Part shown: positions 1 to 8,302 of the stretch, piece after piece
Position numbering within the stretch: position 1 is the first letter of the stretch
Layout of the letters: each line of letters starts with the position of its first letter
Assembly: GCA_035289205.1 (NCBI GenBank)
Contig: DATDXV010000021.1
Coordinates: 1-49,051 of the forward strand
Source: an archaeon
GTDB lineage: Archaea > Aenigmatarchaeota > Aenigmatarchaeia > Aenigmatarchaeales > DATDXV01
Direction of reading: 5' to 3'
DNA: 49,051 bases
Made by a program: the position numbers and the translations under genes
Notes under the pieces: model-generated
Seen by the model: the letters and a program-made list of their open reading frames with translations, nothing else
Told to the model about the DNA's origin: nothing
Databases searched by the model: none

Positions 1-165
1 ACAGAAACAAAGGTCAAGCCCATAGAGAGCTGCAAGAAAATAGGCAGATTAGAGTACTGCGAAACCACGTACCAGAAGATCACTATAAACATATCTGAAA
101 AGGTCGGGATAGCGGTTGTGGAAGTTTTGAATATTGAAGAAGCAGCAAAGTACTTCTTAATATAA
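1..165 (+). CDS. 3' end of a hypothetical protein (partial, runs off left edge)
   Basis: Open frame from base 1 (TETKVKPIESCKKIGRLEYCETTYQKITINISEKVGIAVVEVLNIEEAAKYFLI) ending at TAA 163-165; no recognisable motif. Confidence 0.3.
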   Translation, partial: TETKVKPIESCKKIGRLEYCETTYQKITINISEKVGIAVVEVLNIEEAAKYFLI

Positions 166-409
166 GAAAAAAGTGGGAAAAAGCTACTTCTTCTTTCCCA
201 ATATCTTGAACATCTTTGTTCCGCAGACAGTGCAGACTCCGGACATTGCCAGCATTCCGTTCTTCATTGTTACTTCCTTTTCGTCCTTCATCTCCCTGTT
301 TTGCCTGCATTTCATGCATCTTCCTTCTACCATAATAATTCCTCCTACACTTGTGCTATAGATGACTCTAAGGGGTTTTTAAGTCTTTGCTATTAGCCGA
401 AATAAATAC

Positions 410-847
410 CTATCGCAATCCCGTTGCCTCTGTCTTTACATTTGTACAGTTGGTTGTAATCAGAACGTTCTTCACATCTGTCTTTGCAAACGGAAGGCTT
501 GCCTGCGTCCTTATGTCCCCCCTGCTTCCAGCAGCGAGTGCTCTGCCTAAAATGTCCGAATATGTTAGCACAGTGTCATTGTTCAAAGTGACACCAAACT
601 TGAAGCTCCCCAATGATACGTATTGCGCCTCCACAACAGCCACGATCTGGCTGTTAGAAGCTTCCCATTTAGGATATTCAGCGGTTGCATAGGACATCGA
701 ACCGCCTATGCATGTGCTTGAAGACTGTAGGGTCTGCTGCGTCACTCCAGTGATGAAGTTAGCTAGGATAGCAGCAACTGCCATCGTTATTGCTATCAAA
801 AGTACTGAAGCTACTAAAGGCGAAATACCCTTTTGCATATTAACCAT
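410..847 (-). CDS. archaeal type IV prepilin (Pilin_N/DUF1628-like class III signal peptide)
   Basis: N-terminus MVNMQKG|ISPLVASVLLIAITMAVAAILANFI: short basic leader, KG cleavage motif, hydrophobic helix; last gene of pilin operon. Confidence 0.75.
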   Translation of the reverse strand: MVNMQKGISPLVASVLLIAITMAVAAILANFITGVTQQTLQSSSTCIGGSMSYATAEYPKWEASNSQIVAVVEAQYVSLGSFKFGVTLNNDTVLTYSDILGRALAAGSRGDIRTQASLPFAKTDVKNVLITTNCTNVKTEATGLR

Positions 848-868
848 ACTATGCTCTGGTATTTAAAT

Positions 869-1357
869 TTAAGTTACTCTGATGCTCAAGAGCTGCTTGC
901 CTGCGGAAGCATCGAATCCTTCATTCCTTATGACTATCCTTCTCTTTCCTGCGCCGAATTTGCTTGATTCGAGAATATTATACGCGTAATCTGCCCTTAG
1001 CCTGACCTCTTCCAGATATCCTGTTACGTTAACTCCGCTTTCTATATTAGATATTCCCTCCCCAACTATCTGCGCCTTGCTCTGCATGGCAAAGACTATG
1101 TTTTCCGCGGTGCTATCTATGGAATATTCCCCCCCTGTTACAGATGTGTCAACAACCCTCGTAGAGCCATTTCCCTGGGAAACGACCTCCTTTATCGCGG
1201 CATCAAAAGCGATAAGGTTTGCTTTCGCCTCCTGAAAGATCAGGATCTCCTGGTTCCTATCAAGGCCCGGCTTTCCAAGCTGCAATGCTAAAGCTATAGC
1301 GGCTATGCTTATGGCTAGAATCAAGACTGTGGCAATAAGCGCGTCTACCCCTTTCAA
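869..1357 (-). CDS. archaeal type IV prepilin-like protein
   Basis: MKG|VDALIATVLILAISIAAIALA class III signal; 4-nt overlap with upstream gene. Confidence 0.7.
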   Translation of the reverse strand: MKGVDALIATVLILAISIAAIALALQLGKPGLDRNQEILIFQEAKANLIAFDAAIKEVVSQGNGSTRVVDTSVTGGEYSIDSTAENIVFAMQSKAQIVGEGISNIESGVNVTGYLEEVRLRADYAYNILESSKFGAGKRRIVIRNEGFDASAGKQLLSIRVT

Positions 1358-1725
1358 GCAAACACCGTCCTATCAATTATTATTGTATCAGATAGATAAG
1401 AGCCTTCAAACTTCAGGGTAAAGCTGACCTCTATAATATTGCCGTTCTGTGAAACGCTATGCTCCTGGTCATATCCCCTGGTAGAAAGGATTCCGTCTGA
1501 GTATGCAAGGAAATTATTAAGGTTCTGCGTTGCAGACTCCCCATTGGCAAGAGAGAGGTCTGCTGTTTCTATTATCTCCTTCTTGAGGTCTGCAAAGGCA
1601 TTGAAGAGCTGGTCATTTGATCTTTCAGGGGGATTGCTTATGAATATGGTTATGCCGCTGAGCAGGAGAAGTATCAAGATTGCAAATGCTATGTAAATCT
1701 GCCCTTTCATCTGTACCACATCCAC
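1354..1725 (-). CDS. prepilin-like protein
   Basis: MDVVQMKG|QIYIAFAILILLLLSGITIF; overlaps neighbours in operon. Confidence 0.6.
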   Translation of the reverse strand: MDVVQMKGQIYIAFAILILLLLSGITIFISNPPERSNDQLFNAFADLKKEIIETADLSLANGESATQNLNNFLAYSDGILSTRGYDQEHSVSQNGNIIEVSFTLKFEGSYLSDTIIIDRTVFA

Positions 1726-2075
1726 AAGTTGATCAGCTTAGGGCTGTAGCTGGTGAAGCCAGAGCTGATGTAGCTGGAGGCAAAAACGCTCTTCTCAGGC
1801 AGCTGCGCGGAACAGTCAGCTGTATCGCAGATTTCCACCTGGAAATCCAAGGCAGGCGATATGCAATTCGCAAGCTCATTCCTGAGCCCTGTTTCATCGC
1901 TGTTCGCAGCGAACGACGCGAGGAGATTCCTGTCCTCAAGCTTCTGCAAGCAATAATCTCCCACGTTTGCCAATGACTCGGTTGTTGGGGCAGGGGAAAC
2001 CAGAATAAAAAGAGAAACCATAATCATGGTAGCTGCTATAACAGCCTCAAGAGTTTTTATGAATCCCTTTACCAC
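1707..2075 (-). CDS. prepilin-like protein (start re-assigned to GTG 2073-2075)
   Basis: ORF track 1707..2183 overlaps the upstream gene. The GTG start gives (M)VKG|FIKTLEAVIAATMIMVSLFILV and overlaps the upstream TAA (2069-2071) in coupling style. Confidence 0.55.
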   Translation of the reverse strand: MVKGFIKTLEAVIAATMIMVSLFILVSPAPTTESLANVGDYCLQKLEDRNLLASFAANSDETGLRNELANCISPALDFQVEICDTADCSAQLPEKSVFASSYISSGFTSYSPKLINLWMWYR

Positions 2076-2749
2076 ATCAACAGCCTCCCGTTCAGCGGAG
2101 CTATAGAATCGCCGCTTCTTCCCAGAATAGCAAGATCTTCCTTGTAGACATCGGCCTCTGGCGGTTCTGGACCAACCGTACACCCTCCAATCTCCAGTCT
2201 AAATTGGTGCTTTGAAACAAGCAGCATATTTTCATAATCTAAGGAGCCGCAAGAAGCCAGGGAAACAACCTCGCTCTTCTTTCCAACAGCTGATGTTGAA
2301 GTTACATTGACTGCCACAAAGCTTATGGAGCTTATCGAGCCATCATAGAAGAGCTTCAGGTGCTTCTTCTCTTTCGAAAAGAAGTTCGCGCTCGCTGTTA
2401 TCTTGGTACTCCCGGAATTCTGCTCTACAACAGCAGCAACTTCATCAAAAGAATAATCATAAAGCTTTGGAGACTGTATCGCAGGAGTTACTGTCCATTC
2501 AAGGCTTTCAGAGTGCTGGTAGTCGCCAATCTCCTCTAACCTTATCGCTGCCTCATCCTGCTCTGCTACAATGCTGGCAGGGGAGTCCTCTGTAAGCAGC
2601 TGATTAGAAAAATATGACAGAGATGCCTTCAGTTCCAAATCCTTTATGTTAGACAAGCTCTTTTCAAGATTGTTCGAAGTAAAGAAGAGCGCGAACCCAA
2701 TAATTGATAGCATCAGTAAAGCGGATACTACCATATCAATGCTGCTCAT
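2069..2749 (-). CDS. pilus-associated protein with pilin-like hydrophobic N-terminus
   Basis: MSSIDMVVSALLMLSIIGFALFF N-terminal helix; ATGA overlap with upstream gene at 2746-2749. Confidence 0.5.
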   Translation of the reverse strand: MSSIDMVVSALLMLSIIGFALFFTSNNLEKSLSNIKDLELKASLSYFSNQLLTEDSPASIVAEQDEAAIRLEEIGDYQHSESLEWTVTPAIQSPKLYDYSFDEVAAVVEQNSGSTKITASANFFSKEKKHLKLFYDGSISSISFVAVNVTSTSAVGKKSEVVSLASCGSLDYENMLLVSKHQFRLEIGGCTVGPEPPEADVYKEDLAILGRSGDSIAPLNGRLLMW

Positions 2750-3186
2750 TCCACCACCCTCACTGTGTAGCTATTTCCTAGCTTCTCCAAAACAAGCTTG
2801 GCTGGCAATTTCGCTGCGCCGCTAGATTGGAAATTAGTTTGCAATACTCTTGAGTTGTTAATCTCCTTGCCGCTGCTTGTAACGCCGGTAACCCTGACAA
2901 CGCCTGAGAGAAGTTCTGCCCTTAGCGGGATCTTGGAGGAGAAAGGCATGTCCAATGAAGCCAGCACTGCTGTGGAGGACGGGGAATAGGATGAATCAGC
3001 ATAAGTATTTTCAAGAAATGAGACTTCCTCTGTTATCTTTGTGGCAATATAGAAGGTCTGATAGTTCAGAAACTGCTCTTCGGTCTGCGACTTTATAGAA
3101 GAAACATGGACGATTATAAGAGTGAAAACAGCTATAATGATTGCTAAGTCTAAGGTGTGCGAAATCAACGGTGAAACGCCTCTCAT
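2746..3186 (-). CDS. archaeal type IV prepilin-like protein
   Basis: MRG|VSPLISHTLDLAIIIAVFTLII (RGVSP is Pilin_N-like); first of six tandem pilin genes. Confidence 0.7.
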   Translation of the reverse strand: MRGVSPLISHTLDLAIIIAVFTLIIVHVSSIKSQTEEQFLNYQTFYIATKITEEVSFLENTYADSSYSPSSTAVLASLDMPFSSKIPLRAELLSGVVRVTGVTSSGKEINNSRVLQTNFQSSGAAKLPAKLVLEKLGNSYTVRVVE

Positions 3187-3306
3187 ATGGAGATTTTAGC
3201 ATATCCTGTATTTAACCTAATCGGGAATGGTTCCATAGGAAACAAAGGTATCAAAATTCACTCTATGGGGAGTTAATTGGGTATAAGCAAAGGAAAATAA
3301 TAATTA

Positions 3307-3531
3307 TTGGGAATGAAGGTAGTTTACACGAAGCATGCAGAATTCAGATTAATAGAAAGGTCAATTAAGAAGGAATGGATCGAGGCAGCCATAAAGAATC
3401 CCGATAGGATAATAGAACTGGAAAATGATCATAAGCAAGCCATAAGGCTCACAGACAAAGGCAAGATCAGTGTTATTTATACTGTAGAGAAAGAAAATAT
3501 AATTGTGATAACGGTTCATTGGGGTGAATAA
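3307..3531 (+). CDS. DUF4258-family small protein (putative toxin of a DUF4258/DUF2283 pair)
   Basis: 74 aa; YTKHAEFRLIERSIKKEWIEAAIKNPD pattern typical of DUF4258; directly abuts the partner gene (stop TAA 3529-3531, next ATG 3532). Confidence 0.6.
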   Translation: MGMKVVYTKHAEFRLIERSIKKEWIEAAIKNPDRIIELENDHKQAIRLTDKGKISVIYTVEKENIIVITVHWGE

Positions 3532-3747
3532 ATGGAAATAAGTCTAGACACAAAAGCGAATGCCCTTTATATTAAATTCCAGAAAGGAAAGTTTGCGAAG
3601 AACAGGAAATTGGACAACGACACGATAATAGATCTTGATGAAAAAGGGAGAATTCTGGGTATTGAAATGTTAAATGCAAGCAAAAGAATATCTTCAAAAG
3701 ACCTGGAAAATGTAAAGGTAAGACTGCCTCTTCAGATCTCTTCTTAG
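3532..3747 (+). CDS. DUF2283-family small protein (putative antitoxin partner)
   Basis: 71 aa; ANALYIKF...IIDLDEKGRILGIEMLNASK matches the remembered DUF2283 pattern (D.LYI...vD.d..G.i.GIEil.as). Confidence 0.6.
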   Translation: MEISLDTKANALYIKFQKGKFAKNRKLDNDTIIDLDEKGRILGIEMLNASKRISSKDLENVKVRLPLQISS

Positions 3748-4520
3748 AACAGAGCAAATGCCAAATAGCCGACTAGGACCAGTATCAGTGAATGCTTCAG
3801 TCCGGCTCGCATTCTGCCCTCGGAAAGTTTGCCGATTACTATTCCAGAGAAGAAGCCCTGTATAAGAATGAGATAGAACAAAGTCCCGCTGTACAAGGCA
3901 GTAACGTCCTTCCCTCCGGTTCCTAAGGTAGAGAGGCTTGGAACAAGGAATCCCTTCAGTGATACAAGAACGCCTAGGAAAACAAAAAATATCACATACC
4001 CTGTTAACAGCTGCGAGTATACTTCAGCCTGCCTCTCCTTCCTTATCTTCTCTATGTCATACATCGCATTGACAACGCTGTCCAAAACCTTCGAAACATC
4101 CCCTCCGCTGTCATAGGCCTCGACTATGGCAGTGGTGACCCTCTTTACGGTAGTTCCTCCCACCTTGGCAAAATCTTCGATTATCTTGTCAAAAGGGACC
4201 CCCCAGTCAATCTTGACAGCCATCTGCTTCACATGCTTTGACAGGACGCCGTAATCATTCTTCTTTGATGAATGCAGCGCCTGAGGCAGTGTCATCCCAG
4301 CCTTCATGCTTTCAGACACGTCCGTCAGGAAGTCTGGAAGCTTCTCCTCTATCTCCCTGATCTCCTTGTATTTCAGGTATTCAATGGAGAGGGGGATTCC
4401 AAACGCAAAGATCGCGGAGGCTATGACAAGCAACTGGGAATTCAGGTAGAGATAGTTAAGCGCAAACAGCACAATGCCTGCTGTGATTGAGATTAATGCA
4501 ACGGTTCTTTCGTCCTTCAT
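3744..4520 (-). CDS. FlaJ/PilC/TadC-type pilus assembly membrane protein, C-terminal half (one T2SSF domain)
   Basis: LPDFLTDVSESMKAGMTLPQAL...DWGVPFDKIIEDFAK...AYDSGGDVSKVLDSV plus TM helices; ATG directly follows the in-frame TAG of the upstream half. Confidence 0.75.
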   Translation of the reverse strand: MKDERTVALISITAGIVLFALNYLYLNSQLLVIASAIFAFGIPLSIEYLKYKEIREIEEKLPDFLTDVSESMKAGMTLPQALHSSKKNDYGVLSKHVKQMAVKIDWGVPFDKIIEDFAKVGGTTVKRVTTAIVEAYDSGGDVSKVLDSVVNAMYDIEKIRKERQAEVYSQLLTGYVIFFVFLGVLVSLKGFLVPSLSTLGTGGKDVTALYSGTLFYLILIQGFFSGIVIGKLSEGRMRAGLKHSLILVLVGYLAFALF

Positions 4521-5456
4521 CTAGATCTCCCTTTGCGCGTTATAGAGGAAAATCAGGAAAAGGACATTCAGTGTCGGAATCACTATGAAAGTTCCGAGGT
4601 TCATCAGCAGCTCTATAGGCATCCCGTAGAGCGTTCCCCCGACATAGCTGAGTATTGTCAGGATGACCATCAGCAGCAGGGGTGTTGCTACCAACAGCGC
4701 TGTATAGATGTCAGCGTAAACAGAGATCTGCTGGTTGTACTGCTCCCTCTTCAGCCTGTAGTCAAACAAGGCCTTGTCTGCCTGCTTCTTCAGGTAATCT
4801 CCGATATCCCCGCCCGTATGCGCGGTTGCATACATCCCCTCCAAGAAATATTTCAGACCAGCGGAAGGGCTCCTTGATGCAACGTCCTTTATTGCAGTCA
4901 ATGGATCCACACCGAAGACCTCGATGCCCCTCGCAACCTTCTGGAACTCCCTTGATAGCTCCCCGTAGTCCCTGTATTTCGACATCGCCTTGAACATTGC
5001 TGATGGGGGCATTCCCGATCCAGCCATAGCGCTCATATGCAAAACAGCGAACGGCAGATTCGCATCGATCTCTGCCTTCCTGCTGCTTGCCCTTCCCTGC
5101 GGATAGCTGTAAAGGAAGAAGAACACCGCCGATGATGCTGTTGCGGAGAAGAGCAAAGCTCCAAGAAGGCTGAGCAGGAAATCTATCTTCAGCAGCAGGA
5201 TAAGGGTCAGCATAGGGAAAAATGTCAGGATGAAAGCCGCGGACGACGCAAGGAACATCAGAGAAATGTAGGTTGTCAGAAGCATCCTGATATCGCTCTG
5301 AACAAGGGCAGGCTTCAGCTGCAAGAACTTGCTCTCGTACTTTTTCGCATAATCTATGAACAGGCCTGTGGCAATTTTCCTTAATTCTGTCTTTTCTTCC
5401 TTTGCCTCTATCTTTTTAGATTCAGCCTTCTTCTGCCTCTTGGACTTTTTAGGCAT
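4521..5456 (-). CDS. FlaJ/PilC/TadB-type pilus assembly membrane protein, N-terminal half (one T2SSF domain)
   Basis: LPFAVLHMSAMAGSGMPPSAMFKAM...GVDPLTAIKDVA...TAHTGGDIGDYLKKQ plus TM helices; ends TAG 4521-4523. Confidence 0.75.
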   Translation of the reverse strand: MPKKSKRQKKAESKKIEAKEEKTELRKIATGLFIDYAKKYESKFLQLKPALVQSDIRMLLTTYISLMFLASSAAFILTFFPMLTLILLLKIDFLLSLLGALLFSATASSAVFFFLYSYPQGRASSRKAEIDANLPFAVLHMSAMAGSGMPPSAMFKAMSKYRDYGELSREFQKVARGIEVFGVDPLTAIKDVASRSPSAGLKYFLEGMYATAHTGGDIGDYLKKQADKALFDYRLKREQYNQQISVYADIYTALLVATPLLLMVILTILSYVGGTLYGMPIELLMNLGTFIVIPTLNVLFLIFLYNAQREI

Positions 5457-5490
5457 TCTCTAAATTAGAGGGGGCGATATATATTGATTA

Positions 5491-6186
5491 TTAACCGAGC
5501 TTCACGAAAGTCTCTTCCTTCGGATAAATCACGATGCCCTGCTTTGCAATGATCTTGTAGGGATGTATCCTCTGCGAATGCTCTGTTCCCCTCATCTTCC
5601 AGACAGTCACGCTCCTCGCGAACTGCGAATCCGTTCTTGTGTAGTACAGGACAACAACGCCGTCTGTGACAAACTCCTCAACGCCGAACCTGGAGAGGGA
5701 CTTCTGTTCTGGAAGAATCTCAGAAAGGATCAGGCTTGTGCACTTGAGCTTTCTCAGAAGCATGGAGAGATTGAATATGGTCCTTCTCAGCTCTGCTGCA
5801 TCCCTTATGTACAAACCTAGCGCGGAGACAGAATCAATCACAACCCTCTGCGCCCCGATCTTCTTTGCGCTGCTCTCAATAAGATCATAAACATCCTCCG
5901 CATGGAAAGGGTCATACCTTACGAAAAGCACTTTCTTCTCTTTCTCAAGCTTTTCAAAATCCCAGCCGAAAACCAATGCGTTGTTCTTTATGTTCTCTAT
6001 GGGCTCTTCCAGACTTACGTAAAGGCCTGTTTCACCTGCTTTGGCGCCGTTCCAGATGTATTGGCACCCATAAGAGGTCTTGCCAGTGCCAGCTGTTCCT
6101 GTCAGAAGTACCAGGGAACTTCTCAGGAAGCCTCCAGCCATGAGGTCATCCATGCCCTCTATCCCGGTCTTAACTCTCTCAGCCAT
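5491..6186 (-). CDS. KaiC/RecA-superfamily ATPase, FlaH-like
   Basis: GIEGMDDLMAGGF...LLTGTAGTGKTS (Walker A), VVIDSVSAL (Walker B-like); 231 aa; heads the FlaJ-like genes. Confidence 0.75.
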   Translation of the reverse strand: MAERVKTGIEGMDDLMAGGFLRSSLVLLTGTAGTGKTSYGCQYIWNGAKAGETGLYVSLEEPIENIKNNALVFGWDFEKLEKEKKVLFVRYDPFHAEDVYDLIESSAKKIGAQRVVIDSVSALGLYIRDAAELRRTIFNLSMLLRKLKCTSLILSEILPEQKSLSRFGVEEFVTDGVVVLYYTRTDSQFARSVTVWKMRGTEHSQRIHPYKIIAKQGIVIYPKEETFVKLG

Positions 6187-6222
6187 AAAGCTATAAATCG
6201 CAAGGCTTCTATAAAAACCTTT
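6187..6222. promoter_or_regulatory. divergent promoter region with two TATA-like boxes
   Basis: CTATAAAT 6191-6198 lies 25-32 nt before ATG 6223 (+). TATAAAAA 6210-6217 lies 24-31 nt before ATG 6186 (-). Both suggest leaderless transcripts. Confidence 0.45.
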
Positions 6223-6621
6223 ATGTTTGGCAAGGGTGTCTCGGAGTATGTGGCAGTTCTGCTGCTGATGATCATATCCCTGGCGCTGGCAGGCCTAATC
6301 TACATCTTCTACCAGTCTAACATAAACACAATCTATCCAGGGGAGCAGATAGGGGAGAAGTATGCTTCAACCAGGTCTTGCCTGAGCATTGATGAATTGA
6401 ACGCCGCTGCGGGGACGGCTTTGATGAGAAACTGCGGCCAAGTGCCGTTGAGCAGCTTTGCGCTTTACATAGACGATGTCAAGGAAACAGTTTCTCTTCC
6501 GCAAACGCTCCAGCCAAATGAGAAGTTCAACATAGCTTTCACGCCCCTCTCCGCCGGAAAGCATGTGATATATATATCATCGGACAAGACCTCTTCCGCA
6601 ATCATGAGGATTACAATATAA
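6223..6621 (+). CDS. archaeal type IV prepilin-like protein (start re-assigned)
   Basis: The track ORF 5902..6621 overlaps the FlaH-like gene antisense. The internal ATG gives MFGKG|VSEYVAVLLLMIISLALAGLIYIF. Confidence 0.65.
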   Translation: MFGKGVSEYVAVLLLMIISLALAGLIYIFYQSNINTIYPGEQIGEKYASTRSCLSIDELNAAAGTALMRNCGQVPLSSFALYIDDVKETVSLPQTLQPNEKFNIAFTPLSAGKHVIYISSDKTSSAIMRITI

Positions 6622-6646
6622 ATATAAACTCGCAGATACTCTTCCT

Positions 6647-8296
6647 ATGAAAAAGGCCAAGCAGAAGCCCGGCAAAGAAAAAGCTCCGGCTAAGATATCA
6701 AAAGCAATAAAGCAGCCTCTGAATTTAGATACTCCTTTGGCCAAGCTCAAGGCAGGGCTGTTAGGCAAGAGAGAAAAGATAAAGCTGCCGAAATTCGAAC
6801 TGAAAGAGCCCTCCAAGATTATAGTCCTTCCTGACGGAAAGGAGTCTGTAAAGTACGTTCTAATAGAGCCCTTTGCTTCTGCAGAAATCAAAAAGGTCGG
6901 AGGAAACGAAATGGTCTACACCATTTCAGAACCGCAGCTCTCAAAGGAGGAGCAGAAGATATATGAACAGATCGTGGGAGGCCTGATGGAGATACTGGAT
7001 GTGGAGCTCTCTTCCATAAAGGAGCATGGAGAAGCGCTGAAGTACCTTATGGAAAAGACGGAGGATGTAGCAGAGGAATTGAACATCAAGCTGAAGGATG
7101 AGAGTTACAGGAAGATATTATATTATATATACAGGAACCTGATAGGCTTCAACGAGATAGAAGCTGTTCTGAAGGACCCGTATGTCGAGGATATATCCTG
7201 CGACGGCACAGGGATTCCGATATACGTTGTCCATAGAAGGTATGGATCGCTGAAGTCGAACATAATATTCAAGGATGAGAACACTCTTAAGGATTTTGTT
7301 GTAAAGCTTGCTGAAAGGGCTGGAAGATTTATCTCCTATGCAGAACCCCTGCTTGATGGAACTCTTCCCGATGGTAACAGAGTCCAGGCTTCGTTTTCAA
7401 AGGACGTAACGTCAAAAGGACCGACTTTCACAATCAGGAAGTTCGCGGAAGAACCCTTCTCCCCCGTAGAGCTGATAAAGAACGGCACATGCTCTGAAGA
7501 TGTGTTTGCATACCTCTGGCTCGCTGTTGAGTCAGGGGCATCTGTTTTGATAGCGGGAGGGACAGCAACTGGCAAGACAAGCATGCTCAATGCTCTGTCA
7601 ATGTTCATTCCCTCTGCATCAAAGATAGTATCCATAGAGGATACAAGAGAATTAAATCTTCCGCACGAGAACTGGATCCCCTCTGTTACCAGGCCAGCCT
7701 TCTCAAAGGGATACGGGGAGATAACGCTCTTCGACCTTCTGAAAAGCGCGTTCAGGCAGTCTCCAGACTATGTCATTGTTGGCGAAGTTAGAGGGCAGGA
7801 GGCTTATGTAATGTTCCAAGGGATGTCTGCAGGAATGCCCTCGATAGGGACATTCCATGCAGGGAAGATGGAGGACGTTCTAAACAGATTGCAGAGCCCT
7901 CCCATAAATCTCTCTCCAGCTCTCATAGAATCGCTTGATCTGATAGTTGTAATGGTCCATGCAAGGGAGAAGGGAGAGAACGCCAGACGATTGAAGGAGA
8001 TAGTTGAGATTGAGTCCATTGACACGAAGACTGGAACAGCGAGAACAAACAGAGTCTATAACTGGGAACCTGCGGATGATACATTCGGCTTTGCAGGAAC
8101 GTCATGGCTTGTTCAGAAAATATCACAGCTCAAAGGAAGGGCAACGGAAGATTTGGAAGCAGATCTGAAGAACAGAAAGAATATCCTGGAGTGGATGAAG
8201 AAGAACAATGTTGTAAGGTTCAGGGATGTTTCTAAGGTTGTTTCCGATTACCAGAAAGATCCTGAAGATGTCTTGAAGAGATTGAAAATAAAGTAA
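6647..8296 (+). CDS. type IV pilus/archaellum-family secretion ATPase (FlaI/PilB/VirB11 type)
   Basis: Walker A LIAGGTATGKTS, Asp box IVSIEDTRELN, Walker B PDYVIVGEVRGQEA, His box GMPSIGTFHAG. Confidence 0.9.
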   Translation: MKKAKQKPGKEKAPAKISKAIKQPLNLDTPLAKLKAGLLGKREKIKLPKFELKEPSKIIVLPDGKESVKYVLIEPFASAEIKKVGGNEMVYTISEPQLSKEEQKIYEQIVGGLMEILDVELSSIKEHGEALKYLMEKTEDVAEELNIKLKDESYRKILYYIYRNLIGFNEIEAVLKDPYVEDISCDGTGIPIYVVHRRYGSLKSNIIFKDENTLKDFVVKLAERAGRFISYAEPLLDGTLPDGNRVQASFSKDVTSKGPTFTIRKFAEEPFSPVELIKNGTCSEDVFAYLWLAVESGASVLIAGGTATGKTSMLNALSMFIPSASKIVSIEDTRELNLPHENWIPSVTRPAFSKGYGEITLFDLLKSAFRQSPDYVIVGEVRGQEAYVMFQGMSAGMPSIGTFHAGKMEDVLNRLQSPPINLSPALIESLDLIVVMVHAREKGENARRLKEIVEIESIDTKTGTARTNRVYNWEPADDTFGFAGTSWLVQKISQLKGRATEDLEADLKNRKNILEWMKKNNVVRFRDVSKVVSDYQKDPEDVLKRLKIK

Positions 8297-8302
8297 TTTT
8301 AT

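Noticed and set aside
83-361. ORFs 83..319 (-) and 173..361 (+)
   Set aside because: They overlap each other and the partial edge CDS, have low-complexity composition and show no motifs. They are probably non-coding spacer downstream of the pilin operon.
5902-6222. N-terminal 107 codons of the 239-aa plus-strand ORF
   Set aside because: This part lies entirely antisense to the well-supported FlaH-like ATPase gene. The internal ATG 6223 yields a textbook prepilin leader behind a TATA box.
410-8296. Locus as an archaellum (motility) operon because of the FlaH/FlaI/FlaJ homologs
   Set aside because: No FlaF/FlaG/FlaX or FlaCDE genes are present. The filament candidates have Pilin_N-type (K/RG|VSP-like) signals and small sizes rather than archaellin features.
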